Origin: an uncultured Actinomycetota bacterium
GTDB taxonomy: Bacteria > Actinomycetota > Actinomycetes > Actinomycetales > Dermatophilaceae
Assembly: GCA_963722015.1 (NCBI GenBank)
Contig: CAVRMT010000027.1
Coordinates: forward strand, 1,191-65,190
Reading direction: 5' to 3'
DNA length: 64,000 bases
Shown: in pieces, positions 51,243 to 61,212 of the stretch
How the letters are laid out: every line of letters begins with the position of its first letter
How positions within the stretch are numbered: the stretch's first letter is position 1
Program-made: the position numbers and the translations under genes
The notes under the pieces: generated by a model
What the model was told of the DNA's origin: nothing
What the model saw: only the letters and a program-made list of their open reading frames with translations
Database searches by the model: none

Positions 51243-52484
51243 ATGGCCAACCGTCTGCCCAAGGCTGCCGCGATCGTCGCCGCGGTCATCGCCGTCCCCC
51301 TCGGAGCCGGGGTCGCCACCGCGGCACCCGCGGCCCAGCCCGCCTCCCAGCCCTCCTCGCAGGTCGCCCCCGGGGTCGTCGAGTCGGTGGCGCACGCCAA
51401 GTCGCTCGCGCGGCTGGCGCACCAGCGCGCCACGCCCGCCGCGCCCGCCGCCGCGCCCTCGTCCGGGTCCACCGCCGAGAAGCAGGCCCGCACGCAGGCG
51501 CAGAGCCAGGCCGCTGGCCCCGCAGCCGAGCGGGCCGCGGCCACGACCGGCCGCCTGGCCGGTGCCAACCGCTACGACACCGCCGTCGCCGTGTCCCGGG
51601 TGACCTACGCGGACGGCCAGCTGGCCGGCGGCACGCTGGTCGTGGCCGCGGGGACCCAGTACCCCGACGCCCTCGCCGGCGGCCCTGCCGCCGCCGGCAT
51701 CGGTGGCCCGATGCTGCTCGTGCCGCCGTCGGGCACCGTCCCCGCCTCGGTCATCGCCGAGATCAGGCGCCTCGGTGTCGAAGCCGTCTACATCATGGGG
51801 GGCACCGGCGCCGTCGACAGCGACGTCGAGGAGCAGCTCGGGCAGGTCGTCGACTACGTGGACCGCCTCTTCGGTGACGACCGCTACGCGACCGCCGCCG
51901 TCGCCTCCTACCTCACGTGGCAGTTCGACGAGGCCGACCCCGATGCCGAGCCCACGCCGCCGTCGGTCGTCTACCTCTCCAGTGGTGCGACCTTCGCCGA
52001 CGCCCTGGCCGGCGGCGCCGCGGGCGCCATCGCCGGGGCCCCGCTGCTGCTGACGAGCCCGTCGAGCCTGCCCGACTTCACCTCCTTCGTCCTCGAGGAC
52101 GCCGAGCCGACCGAGGTGCGCATCCTCGGCGGCACCGGCGCCGTCTCCGGCGCTGTCGCGATGAAGGTCCGCGAGGTCCTGCCCCATGCGCGCATCACCC
52201 GTTTCGCCGGTGCTGACCGCTACGCCACGGCGGCGCTGACCGCGCAGAACCTGGGCCTGCCCACCGGCGGGGTCGTCATGCTGGCCAACGGCTCGACCTT
52301 CCCCGATGCGCTCTCCGCGTCGACCTCGTCCGCCGTCATCGGTGCGCCGGTCCTGCTCGTGCAGCAGTCGTGCTCGCCGGCCGCCACCACGGCCCAGGTG
52401 AACCGCCTCGCACCGAGGCTGGTCCGCGCCGTCGGCGGCAAGGCGATCGTCTCCGACGCCGCCCTGGCCCGCAAGGCCTGCTGA
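51243..52484 (+). CDS. Secreted cell-wall-binding repeat 2 (CWB2) protein
   Basis: Signal peptide; three repeats RLAGANRYDTA/RLFGDDRYATA/RFAGADRYATA with YPDAL/FADAL/FPDAL and GGTGAV. Confidence 0.88.
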   Translation: MANRLPKAAAIVAAVIAVPLGAGVATAAPAAQPASQPSSQVAPGVVESVAHAKSLARLAHQRATPAAPAAAPSSGSTAEKQARTQAQSQAAGPAAERAAATTGRLAGANRYDTAVAVSRVTYADGQLAGGTLVVAAGTQYPDALAGGPAAAGIGGPMLLVPPSGTVPASVIAEIRRLGVEAVYIMGGTGAVDSDVEEQLGQVVDYVDRLFGDDRYATAAVASYLTWQFDEADPDAEPTPPSVVYLSSGATFADALAGGAAGAIAGAPLLLTSPSSLPDFTSFVLEDAEPTEVRILGGTGAVSGAVAMKVREVLPHARITRFAGADRYATAALTAQNLGLPTGGVVMLANGSTFPDALSASTSSAVIGAPVLLVQQSCSPAATTAQVNRLAPRLVRAVGGKAIVSDAALARKAC

Positions 52485-52582
52485 CCTACAGGTCCCCACG
52501 TCGTCGGGCCCGGTCGCCGTCACGGCTGCCGGGCCCTTCGCCATCCATCCCCGGTGCGCCACACTGACCACGGAGGTGACCG

Positions 52583-53182
52583 ATGATCGCCGCACTCACC
52601 GGCATGGGACTGTCCGCCGCAGCGGGCCTCAACGCCTACATCCCGTTCCTGCTCGTGGCCCTGGTGGCGCGCTTCAGCGACGTCATCGTGCTGCCGCAGT
52701 CCTACGCCTGGATCGAGTCGTGGTGGGCCATCGGGATCGGCGCGGTGCTGCTGCTCACCGAGGTGGTGCTGGACAAGATCCCGGCGGTCGACACCGTGAA
52801 CGACGCGGTGCAGACCTTCATCCGGCCGAGCATGGGCGGCCTGGTGTTCGCCGCCACGTCGGCCGCGGAGGAGGTCGACCGCTCGAGCTGGATGGCGACC
52901 CACCCCTGGGTCGGAGTCGTCCTGGGGGTCGTCGTCTCCGGCATCGTGCACACCGGCAAGACCGCGGCCCGACCCCTGGTCAACGCCGGGTCGCTCGGGC
53001 TGGGCGCACCGGTCGTCTCGACCGCCGAGGACGGCGCCTCCATCGGGATGAGCCTGGTCGCGGTGTTCCTGCCGGTCCTGGTGATCGTCCTGCTCGTGGT
53101 GGGCGCCGCGCTCCTGATCTGGCTGTGGCGGGCGACGCGCCGCCGCCGCCGTCGCCGCGACCGGCGGGCCGCACCCGCATGA
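52583..53182 (+). CDS. DUF4126 membrane protein
   Basis: GLSAAAGLNAYIP, EVVLDKIPAVD..ND..QTFIRP, VVSTAED. Confidence 0.9.
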   Translation: MIAALTGMGLSAAAGLNAYIPFLLVALVARFSDVIVLPQSYAWIESWWAIGIGAVLLLTEVVLDKIPAVDTVNDAVQTFIRPSMGGLVFAATSAAEEVDRSSWMATHPWVGVVLGVVVSGIVHTGKTAARPLVNAGSLGLGAPVVSTAEDGASIGMSLVAVFLPVLVIVLLVVGAALLIWLWRATRRRRRRRDRRAAPA

Positions 53183-53213
53183 CGCGTTGCCGGCGAGCGG
53201 ACAGACTGGGCGC

Positions 53214-53984
53214 ATGACCCTCGCGCCCACCCCGCTCTCGCGCCGCTCGCTGGTGACCGAGACGGCGCTCGTCCTGGGGGTGAGCCTGGGGGCGTCGGCG
53301 GTCTGGTCGCTGCTGTCGATCGTCAACAAGCTGACCCAGCAGCGCGCCCTGGACCAGCAGACGACGGCGATGAACTCGTCGGTGACCCCCGACCGGCCGT
53401 GGCTCGACCTCGCCTACCAGCTCGCCGGCATCGGCATCGCCCTCGTCCCGGTCGTCCTCGCCGTCCACCTGCTGCGCCGGGACCGCCCGGACGCCACCCG
53501 CGCCATCGGCGCCGACCTGCGCGAACCCACCCGTGACCTCGTGCGCGGCCTGTTCCTGGCCGCGGCCGTGGGGTTGCCGGGCCTGGCCCTGTATGCCGCC
53601 GCGAAGGCGTTCGGGTTCAACACCACCATCGCCGCGGCGAACCTCTCCGACCACTGGTGGACGGTCCCCGTGCTGGTCCTGGCCGCGGTCCAGAACGCCG
53701 TGCTCGAGGAGCTCATCATGGTCGGCTACCTCTTCACGCGGTGGCGCCAGGCGGGCTGGTCGGTGCCCGCCGTGATCGTGACCTCTGCCCTGATCCGCGG
53801 TTCGTACCACCTCTACCAGGGCTTCGGCGGGTTCGTCGGCAACATCGCCATGGGTCTGTTCTTCGGCTGGGTGTACACCCGTACCAAGCGCGTCGGGCCG
53901 CTCGTGGTGGCCCACACCATCCTCGACGTCGTCGCCTTCGTCGGTTACGCCCTGCTCAAGAACCACCTGTCGTGGCTGACCTGA
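53214..53984 (+). CDS. CPBP (CAAX/Abi) intramembrane metalloprotease
   Basis: NAVLEE, SALIRGSYHLYQG, LVVAHTILD. Confidence 0.9.
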   Translation: MTLAPTPLSRRSLVTETALVLGVSLGASAVWSLLSIVNKLTQQRALDQQTTAMNSSVTPDRPWLDLAYQLAGIGIALVPVVLAVHLLRRDRPDATRAIGADLREPTRDLVRGLFLAAAVGLPGLALYAAAKAFGFNTTIAAANLSDHWWTVPVLVLAAVQNAVLEELIMVGYLFTRWRQAGWSVPAVIVTSALIRGSYHLYQGFGGFVGNIAMGLFFGWVYTRTKRVGPLVVAHTILDVVAFVGYALLKNHLSWLT

Positions 53985-54011
53985 GCGGATCGGTCAGTGC
54001 GCCGCCGCCGC

Positions 54012-54863
54012 TCAGCGGACGGCGAGGTACCCGTCGTACAGCGACTTCTTGGACAGGCCGGTGGCCACGGCCACGTCGGCGCACACGTCCTTGAGCCGCT
54101 CCCCCGCCTCGACCCGCTCCCGGATGGCGGGCAGCGCCTCCTCGACGGTGGTCACCCTCGGGGTCGCCCCGGCCACGACGACGGTGATCTCCCCGCGCAC
54201 GCCCTCGGCGGCCCAGTCGGCCAGGTCGCCCAGGCCACCGCGGCGTACCTCCTCGTAGGTCTTGGTGAGCTCACGGCACACGGCGCCGCGTCGGTCGGCA
54301 CCCCAGGCGTCGGCCATCGCCCGCAGGCTCACCTCGATGCGGTGCGGCGCCTCGAAGAAGACCATCGTGCGCCGTTCGTCGGTGAGCGCGGCCAGGGAGC
54401 GGGCCCGTTCCCCGGCCTTGCGCGGCAGGAACCCCTCGAAGCAGAACCGGTCGACCGGTAGCCCGGAGACCGCGAGCGCCATGAGGACCGCGCTCGGGCC
54501 GGGCACGCAGGTGACCCGGATGCCGGCCGCCACGGCGGCGTCGACGAGGCGGTACCCGGGGTCCGACACCGACGGCATACCGGCGTCGGTGACGACCACC
54601 ACCCGCTGTCCGGCGCGCAGGCGCTCGACGAGCTCGGGGGTGCGGGCCGCCTCGTTGTGCTCGTGGTAGCTCAGGACCGAACCGCCGGGCGTCATGCCGA
54701 GGTCGGCGCACAGCCGGCGCAGGCGGCGGGTGTCCTCGGCGGCCACCACGTCCGCGCCGACGAGCTCCTGTGCCAGCCGGGGTGCGGCGTCGCGGGGGTC
54801 GCCGATCGGGGTCGCCGCGAGGACGAGCACTCCGGCCTTCGGCACTGGTGTCACGAGTGTCAT
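54012..54863 (-). CDS. rsmI: 16S rRNA C1402 2'-O-methyltransferase
   Basis: LAATPIG, AAEDTR, TDAGMPSVSDPG, PGPSA, FEGFLP, FEAPHR, RELTKTYEE. Confidence 0.96.
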   Translation of the reverse strand: MTLVTPVPKAGVLVLAATPIGDPRDAAPRLAQELVGADVVAAEDTRRLRRLCADLGMTPGGSVLSYHEHNEAARTPELVERLRAGQRVVVVTDAGMPSVSDPGYRLVDAAVAAGIRVTCVPGPSAVLMALAVSGLPVDRFCFEGFLPRKAGERARSLAALTDERRTMVFFEAPHRIEVSLRAMADAWGADRRGAVCRELTKTYEEVRRGGLGDLADWAAEGVRGEITVVVAGATPRVTTVEEALPAIRERVEAGERLKDVCADVAVATGLSKKSLYDGYLAVR

Positions 54864-54887
54864 CCTGTCAGGCCCGGTGTGCATACG

Positions 54888-56453
54888 ATGTCGCGCATGA
54901 CCCGGACGGACGAGCTGCGATCACGGCTGCTCGGGTTCCGGCCCACCGACACGTTGTGGGGCTGGCTCGGTCCACTGTTCTTCGCCGTCGTCGGCGGCAT
55001 CCTGCGCTTCTGGTCGCTCGACCGGCCCCACCAGCTCGTGTTCGACGAGACGTACTACGTCAAGCAGGGCGTCTCGATGCTCGAGTACGGCGTGGAGATG
55101 CGCGTCCCCGACACCATCAAGAAGCCGGACGAGCTGTTCACCGCCGGCACCACCGACGTGTTCGGCACCGAGGGTGACCTCGTGGTCCATCCTCCTGTCG
55201 GCAAGTGGGTCATCGCCGCCGGCGAGCAGCTGTTCGGGCAGACGTCGTCGTGGGGCTGGCGCTTCTCGGTGTGCGTCCTCGGCACCCTGTCCATCCTCAT
55301 GGTCGGCCGGGCTGCCCGGCGGCTGTTCGGGTCCTCCCTGCTCGGGACGGTCGCCGCGTTCCTCGTGGCGTTCGAGGGCCACCACTTCGTCCAGTCCCGC
55401 ACCGGGCTGCTGGACCTCATCGTCATGTTCTGGGCACTGGCCGCCTTCTGCGCGCTGCTCATCGACCGCGACCGGTCCCGCGCGATCCTGGCCGAGAAGG
55501 TCTCCGCCCTGACGCCGCGGCAGCTCGCGACCGGGCTCGGCCCGTGGCTCGGCTGGCGGCCGTGGCGATGGGTGGCCGCGATCAGCCTGGGCTTGTGCGC
55601 GGGCACCAAGTGGTCCGGGCTGTTCTTCCTCGTGGCGTTCGGCCTGATGACGGTGTGGTGGGACCTCGGTGCCCGCCGCGCCGCCGGGGTGCGCCACTGG
55701 TTCTCGGCCATGATCGTCAAGGACGGCCTGTGGGCCGCCGGCCTGATGGTCGGCGGCGCCGCCCTGACCTATGTGGCGTCCTGGGTCGGCTGGTTCCGTT
55801 CGAACCTCGGGTACGACCGCCTCTGGGGTGCGGCGCACCCGTCCAGGGACACCCCGTGGATCCCGGACTCGCTGCGCTCGCTGTGGCACTACCACCAGGA
55901 GATCTACACCTTCCACGTCAACCTGCACGACAACCACCCCTACCGCACCGACCCGTGGTCCTGGGTCATCCAGGGGCGCCCGACGTCGTTCTTCTACGAG
56001 GGGCCCAAGCAGGGCGAGGACGGTTGCACCGTCAGCCAGTGCTCCAAGGCGATCACCTCGATCGGTACCGTCTCGATCTGGTGGCTCGGCGCCGTGGCGA
56101 TCCTCGTGCTCGTCTACTACTGGCTGTTCAGGCGTGACTGGCGCGCCGGCGGCATCCTCGCCGGCCTGGCCGGGGGGTACCTGCCGTGGTTCGCCCTCGA
56201 GGAGCGCACCATCTACTCCTTCTACACGGTGGCGTTCGAGCCGTGGGTCGTCCTGGCCGTCGTGTTCGTGCTCGGGCTGGCCCTGGGCAAACGCACCGAC
56301 TCCCGGCGCAGGCGAGAGGTGGGCCTCTACGTCGTCGGTGCCTACTGCCTGCTGACCCTGGTGCTGTTCGCCTTCTTCTGGCCGATCTACACCGCCCAGG
56401 TCATCCCGCAGGGCCAGTGGTCCCTGCGGATGTGGTTCCCCAGCTGGGTCTGA
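54888..56453 (+). CDS. pmt: Dolichyl/polyprenol-phosphate-mannose--protein O-mannosyltransferase
   Basis: LVFDETYY, VHPPVGKW, GWRF, SRTGLLD, TKWSG, HPY.TDPWSW; divergent from rsmI as in other actinobacteria. Confidence 0.92.
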   Translation: MSRMTRTDELRSRLLGFRPTDTLWGWLGPLFFAVVGGILRFWSLDRPHQLVFDETYYVKQGVSMLEYGVEMRVPDTIKKPDELFTAGTTDVFGTEGDLVVHPPVGKWVIAAGEQLFGQTSSWGWRFSVCVLGTLSILMVGRAARRLFGSSLLGTVAAFLVAFEGHHFVQSRTGLLDLIVMFWALAAFCALLIDRDRSRAILAEKVSALTPRQLATGLGPWLGWRPWRWVAAISLGLCAGTKWSGLFFLVAFGLMTVWWDLGARRAAGVRHWFSAMIVKDGLWAAGLMVGGAALTYVASWVGWFRSNLGYDRLWGAAHPSRDTPWIPDSLRSLWHYHQEIYTFHVNLHDNHPYRTDPWSWVIQGRPTSFFYEGPKQGEDGCTVSQCSKAITSIGTVSIWWLGAVAILVLVYYWLFRRDWRAGGILAGLAGGYLPWFALEERTIYSFYTVAFEPWVVLAVVFVLGLALGKRTDSRRRREVGLYVVGAYCLLTLVLFAFFWPIYTAQVIPQGQWSLRMWFPSWV

Positions 56454-56523
56454 CCCGGCTGGGTCCGACCCGGGTGGTTCCGACCCGGCTGGTTCCGACC
56501 CGGCTGGTTCCGACCCGGCTGGG
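56452..56523. repeat. 15-bp tandem repeat GACCCGGCTGGTTCC, about 5 copies
   Basis: Seen directly after the pmt stop. Confidence 0.85.
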
Positions 56524-56592
56524 GAGGACACCGCCGGTGACTGGCAGGATCGGGGACGAGGTCAGGATCGGGGCCAGCGGGGAGGACGGGCG

Positions 56593-56853
56593 ATGACACG
56601 GTTCGAGTTCGCGCCCGGCACCGTCGGCCCGATGATCGAGGACGAGGACGTCGCCCGGCTCGACGCCGCGAACGCCGTGCTGCGGTCCACGATCCGCGAG
56701 GTCCGCGACGCCATGACGGGAGTCCCGGCCGACGCGGTGCACACCGAGCTGGTGCGCCTGCTCGCCGAGCGGGTGGGGCCCGGTCTCGTGGTGCGTGACG
56801 CGGACCTGCAGTCCGACGCGGAGGCGATCAGCGAGGGGACGATGTTCGGCTGA
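56593..56853 (+). CDS. Hypothetical protein (86 aa)
   Basis: GGAGG RBS, ATG, GC3-rich codons. Confidence 0.7.
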   Translation: MTRFEFAPGTVGPMIEDEDVARLDAANAVLRSTIREVRDAMTGVPADAVHTELVRLLAERVGPGLVVRDADLQSDAEAISEGTMFG

Positions 56854-58918
56854 CGCCCTGCGCCGGGTCGTGCAGGGGGAGGTTCAGCGTGAAGGTCGAC
56901 CCGAACCCCTCGACCGAGGTCGCCGAGACGGCACCCCCGTGCTGGCTGGCGATGCCGCGCACGATGGACAAGCCGATCCCGGTCCCCTGGATCGCCTGGC
57001 GTTGGGCGGTGCTGGACCGGAAGAAGCGGCTGAACAGCTGGTCCTGCTCGTCCTCGGGGATGCCCATGCCCGTGTCGGACACCGACAGCAGGGCGTCGGT
57101 GCCGTCGTGCGACACCGTGAGCGTGACGCTGCCGCCGTCCGGGGTGAACTTGATCGCGTTGCTCAGCAGGTTCATCACCAGTCGCTCGAGCTGCTCGGCG
57201 TCGGCCAGGACCGGAGCAGCCGAGCCACCGACCTCGAGGTTGATCCGCAGCCGGCGGTTGCGCAGCAGCGGGCTGACAGCCTCGAGCGCCCCCTGGGCCG
57301 AGTCGCGCAGGTCGTGGTCGCGCAGGACCGGCGTGGCGGTACCCGACTCCAGCCTCGACGCGGTCAGCAGGTCCTCGATGAGGACCATCAGGCGCTCGCC
57401 GTTGCGCCGGATCCGGCCGAGCATGTCGTGCTGCTCGGAGCTCACCTCGCCGGCCATCCCGTCGATGAGCATCTCGGAGTAGCCGACGACGCTGGTCACC
57501 GGCGTCCGCAGCTCGTGGCTCACCGACGAGACGAAGGTCGACTTCGCGTCGTTGAGCCGTTGGAGCTCGCGTACGGCGTCGCGCTCCGTGCGCAGGGCGG
57601 CCTCCTGCAGCTCGCGGGCGGCGTGCCGCTCGGTGGTGTCGACCAGCTGCGCCGTGAACATGAAGTGCGAGCCGCGCCGGTTGAGCGGCGACAGCACCAG
57701 CTCCACCCACCGGGTGGGGTGCTCGGCGAGCCGTACCTCGCCCCGCCACCCGTGGGAGGTCTCGGCCATGATCGCGAACAGTCCGTCGCGGACCTCGCCG
57801 CGGCCCGGCTCGAGGAAGTGCTCGAGCCAGTCCCCGTCGCCGACCAGGGTGGCACGGTCCCGGCCGAGCAGGCGGGCAGCCACGTCGTTGACCTCGACCG
57901 CGACCGGGTGGGAGTCCTCGCAGCGCAGGATGAACATGCCCAGCATGGCGTCGGCGAACCCGTGCCGGAACACCTTCTCGCTCTCGCTCACCCGGGCCAG
58001 CAGCTCACGACGCTGCATCACCGTCACCGAGAGCGGGAGCACGGTGAAGGCGCTGATCGCGAGGAAGCCCTGCACGAGGGCAGACACCGTCTCGGGTGGC
58101 ACCGCGGCACCGGCCGCGTTGAGGGCGAAGGGCCCGGACCCGTTCGCTGTGAAGAGGCTGGCGAGGATGCCCACGACGAGCAGCTGGGTGGAGGTCGTCC
58201 GGAGCGAGTTGCGCAGCGCGCCCCAGACGAGCAGCGGGGTCACCACCGAGGCGACCGGCATTCCCCGGGTGAGGCCGAAGACCACGCAGGTGCCGACCAG
58301 TACCGACGCCCACTGCATCCCCAGCTCCCACCGACTGCGCTGCTCGGCAGGGGCGGTCCGCAGGAACAGGGGCATGATCACCAGGAGGGCGGCGAGGTGC
58401 GACGTCGCGACCGAGCGAGCCACGACGACGAACGAGGCATCCATCACCATCATCGCGGTGATACCGCCCAGCACCCCGGCGACGGCCGCGCCGGCGACCG
58501 AGGCGAGCACCACGCGCCAGAAGTCCTGCATGGTCCGCAGCGATCGTCCCGGGCCCCCGAACCAGAACAGCAGCAGGACCAGCACGGCGCACTCGGCGGT
58601 GTTGGCGAAGGCAAAGCCCCCAGCAGCCGCCGGGGTCCGGCCGCCGGCGAGGTTGGCGAGGAAGCAGACGAGCCACACACCGGCGAGCATGGCGGTGCGC
58701 TGACGTCCCCGGGCCAGCAGGACGGCACCGGCGCTGACTCCTGCCGCAGGCCACCAGGACGCCAGGGTGGAACCCTGCGGCGCCAGCTCGACGGACCCGA
58801 GCATGAGGACGAAGACGAGCCCCAGCAGCCCGACGCCGACGGCGACCTCACGCGTCCGGGCGGGCAGGCGGTGCCAGGAGCTCGCGACGGTGGCGGTGGT
58901 CAGGTCGGCGGTGGTCAT
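56828..58918 (-). CDS. MASE1-PAS sensor histidine kinase
   Basis: MASE1 (SWWPAAGV, FANTAE), PAS-like region, VSHELRTP, NLLSNAIKFT, DTGMGI, GTGIGL. Confidence 0.92.
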   Translation of the reverse strand: MTTADLTTATVASSWHRLPARTREVAVGVGLLGLVFVLMLGSVELAPQGSTLASWWPAAGVSAGAVLLARGRQRTAMLAGVWLVCFLANLAGGRTPAAAGGFAFANTAECAVLVLLLFWFGGPGRSLRTMQDFWRVVLASVAGAAVAGVLGGITAMMVMDASFVVVARSVATSHLAALLVIMPLFLRTAPAEQRSRWELGMQWASVLVGTCVVFGLTRGMPVASVVTPLLVWGALRNSLRTTSTQLLVVGILASLFTANGSGPFALNAAGAAVPPETVSALVQGFLAISAFTVLPLSVTVMQRRELLARVSESEKVFRHGFADAMLGMFILRCEDSHPVAVEVNDVAARLLGRDRATLVGDGDWLEHFLEPGRGEVRDGLFAIMAETSHGWRGEVRLAEHPTRWVELVLSPLNRRGSHFMFTAQLVDTTERHAARELQEAALRTERDAVRELQRLNDAKSTFVSSVSHELRTPVTSVVGYSEMLIDGMAGEVSSEQHDMLGRIRRNGERLMVLIEDLLTASRLESGTATPVLRDHDLRDSAQGALEAVSPLLRNRRLRINLEVGGSAAPVLADAEQLERLVMNLLSNAIKFTPDGGSVTLTVSHDGTDALLSVSDTGMGIPEDEQDQLFSRFFRSSTAQRQAIQGTGIGLSIVRGIASQHGGAVSATSVEGFGSTFTLNLPLHDPAQGVSRTSSPR

Positions 58919-58919
58919 C

Positions 58920-59348
58920 TCACTGCTCTCGCATCGGCGGGAGGTCCGGGATGACGACCGTCACGGGTGGCCGCAGGGCGACGCGCGCGGTGAGGAGCTG
59001 GGCCACCACGGCCATGATGTGGGCCGGGCTGAAGGGCTTGGTCACGTAGTGGTTGGCGCCCGCCAAGAGGCCGGCATCGATCTCGAAGGGCGAGGTACGT
59101 GAGCTGACCAGGATCACGGGGACGTGGGCGAGGTGCCGTTGCCGACGGATCCACCAGCAGACCTCGATGCCGCTCAGCCCGGGCATCTGCACATCGAGCA
59201 GGATGATGTCTGGGGACAAGGTCTCCAGCATCCGCACCGCCTCGCGACCGTCCTCGGCACACACGGTCTGTGCTCCGGTGCGACCGACCGCCACGGACAA
59301 CAGATCACGGATGTCCGCGTCGTCGTCGGCGATCAGGGCGAGCGGCAT
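58920..59348 (-). CDS. Single-domain response regulator
   Basis: LIADDD, LLDVQMPGLSG, YVTKPF; no output domain. Confidence 0.9.
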   Translation of the reverse strand: MPLALIADDDADIRDLLSVAVGRTGAQTVCAEDGREAVRMLETLSPDIILLDVQMPGLSGIEVCWWIRRQRHLAHVPVILVSSRTSPFEIDAGLLAGANHYVTKPFSPAHIMAVVAQLLTARVALRPPVTVVIPDLPPMREQ

Positions 59349-59589
59349 GTCTGCAGAGTCTCTCATCCGGTTCGAGGACGGGGGTGGAACGGCGGGGCAA
59401 CCACCAGCGCGTCGCCGCTGGCTCATCCGTGGGCGTGGACGGACTCGAGGAGTGCAGGGGGTCTCCTCGAGTCCGTCCGGTCGTCGGGGTCCTGCGGTGG
59501 GGGGAAGCAGGACCGACCTGACCGGCACCCCGTGGTGCCGAGACCAGTCTGCAGCGGCCGGTGTGAAGGTTGCGATGAGCAACCCCCGG

Positions 59590-59611
59590 ATGACGTGAAG
59601 ATGACATGAAG
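59590..59611. promoter_or_regulatory. 11-bp direct repeat ATGAC(G/A)TGAAG x2, probable OmpR-family binding site
   Basis: ATGACGTGAAG ATGACATGAAG between divergent regulators. Confidence 0.5.
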
Positions 59612-59751
59612 ATCAGGGCAACTACGGGTCACCGCGCTCGATCGCCCCTGACCGGCCGCGACCGCTGCTGTCGCGGTCCACGTCGTGGTACCCGCCCACG
59701 ACCTGCGCCAATACCCGGTCATTGCGGACGATGTGTCCCTAGACTCGCGCC

Positions 59752-60477
59752 ATGGCGCGACTCCTGGTGGTCGATGACGAGCCGCAGATCGTGACGGCAC
59801 TGACCCGCGGACTCGAGCGCGAGGGGCACGACGTCGACGTCTCCCGCAACGGTCTGGACGCCGTCGCGCTCGCCGCCTCCAGCGCCCCCGACCTGATCGT
59901 GCTCGACCTCAACCTCCCGGACATCGACGGGCTCGAGGTGTTGCGCAGGGTCCGGTCCTGGAGCGCGGTGCCGGTGCTCATCCTGTCGGGTGACGGCGAG
60001 GAGGAACGCAAGATCGCCGCCCTCGACGAGGGTGCCGACGACTACCTCGAGAAGCCCTTCAGCCTCGGAGAGCTGCGGGCCCGAGTACGTGCGCTGCTGC
60101 GACGGGCCGGGGCCACCGCGGACTCCGCGAGCCTCAGCAGCGACGGGCTCGACATCGACCTCGCGATGAAGACGGTCCAGCTCGACGGTGCCGAGCTGCG
60201 GCTCACCCCGACGGAATGGCGACTGCTGGAGCTGTTCGTCTCCCAGCCGGGCAAGCTGCTCACCCACCAGTGGCTGATCGCGCGCATCTGGGGCGCCGGC
60301 CACGGCGGGGAGACGCTCCAGACGTTGCGGGCCCACCTGCGCTCGCTGCGGGCCAAGCTCGGCGACGACTCGAAGGAGCCTCGGTTCATCCGCACCGAGA
60401 CCCGGATCGGGTACCGGTGGGTGCCCCCGGTCGCGACGAACGTCGTCCCCAACGGTGCCGTGGGCGATGAAGGCTGA
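59752..60477 (+). CDS. KdpE-like OmpR-family response regulator
   Basis: LVVDDEPQI, LDLNLPDIDG, ALDEGADDY.EKPF, LTPTEW.LL, GKLLTH, LRAKL.DD...PRFIRTE..IGYR; no kdpD adjacent. Confidence 0.9.
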   Translation: MARLLVVDDEPQIVTALTRGLEREGHDVDVSRNGLDAVALAASSAPDLIVLDLNLPDIDGLEVLRRVRSWSAVPVLILSGDGEEERKIAALDEGADDYLEKPFSLGELRARVRALLRRAGATADSASLSSDGLDIDLAMKTVQLDGAELRLTPTEWRLLELFVSQPGKLLTHQWLIARIWGAGHGGETLQTLRAHLRSLRAKLGDDSKEPRFIRTETRIGYRWVPPVATNVVPNGAVGDEG

Positions 60478-60694
60478 GCCGGTCGACCACCGGGTGAGGA
60501 ACACCCTCGCCGCGCTGCGGGGCCACCTCGAGCTGGCTCGCGAGGCTGCCCTCGGCCAGGCCGGCCACGTCGAGGATGTCGCTCGGGACCTCGGCGACGC
60601 CCTCGCCTCACTGACCAGACTCGAGCACCAGCTGGGGGTGCACGCCGACGACGGCAGCCCCGACCACGGCGACGCGATGCACCGCGACGAGTGA
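60467..60694 (+). CDS. Small protein with an H-box-like motif (stand-alone DHp-like domain)
   Basis: MKAEPVDHRVRNTLAALRGHLELA...; overlaps the regulator stop. Confidence 0.55.
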   Translation: MKAEPVDHRVRNTLAALRGHLELAREAALGQAGHVEDVARDLGDALASLTRLEHQLGVHADDGSPDHGDAMHRDE

Positions 60695-60712
60695 CGAGTG
60701 ACAGCCCCGAGC

Positions 60713-61129
60713 TCAGACGCGGGCGGCGGCGGCGAACCGCTCGGGGAAGACCAGTCCGGGCGTCGTGGAGTGGATGGCCCTGGCCACCACGCCCAGCAGG
60801 GCCCGCGTCTGGAACGGCTTGCGGACGACGGCGAACGCCCCCGCCTCGAGGGCTTCGACATCACTGTCGACCGAGGCGGTGAGCATCACGGTGGGGACCC
60901 TGGAGCCGTCGTGGCGCATGGCGCCCAGGACGTCCATGCCGTCCACCTCGGGCATGCGCAGGTCGAGCACCAGGCAGTGCGGGGCCACCGTCCCGATGGC
61001 GGCCAGGGCCTGCGCGCCGTCGCCCACCGTGGTCACGTGCACCCCGGCGTGGGCGAAGACGCGGTGGAGCAGCACGCGGATGTCCTCGTCGTCCTCGGCG
61101 ATGAGGATGCGGACGTCCTGGCTCTGCAC
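60713..61129 (-). CDS. Single-domain response regulator
   Basis: ILIAEDD, LDLRMPEVDG, MLTA, VRKPF. Confidence 0.88.
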   Translation of the reverse strand: MQSQDVRILIAEDDEDIRVLLHRVFAHAGVHVTTVGDGAQALAAIGTVAPHCLVLDLRMPEVDGMDVLGAMRHDGSRVPTVMLTASVDSDVEALEAGAFAVVRKPFQTRALLGVVARAIHSTTPGLVFPERFAAAARV

Positions 61130-61212
61130 CCCGCACACCCCTTTGTCCCTGATCACCGCATTGCTGCGCCCCCGCACCAGTGTCACACAGGGACCCGCGG
61201 CGGCACAGGAGT

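Noticed and set aside
56452-56523. 15-bp repeats as CRISPR or as part of coding ORF 54921..56531
   Set aside because: Simple tandem repeat; that ORF is the antisense shadow of pmt.
59752-60477. Assigning gene symbol kdpE
   Set aside because: KdpE-like motifs are present but no kdpD or kdpFABC is adjacent, so orthology is unsupported.
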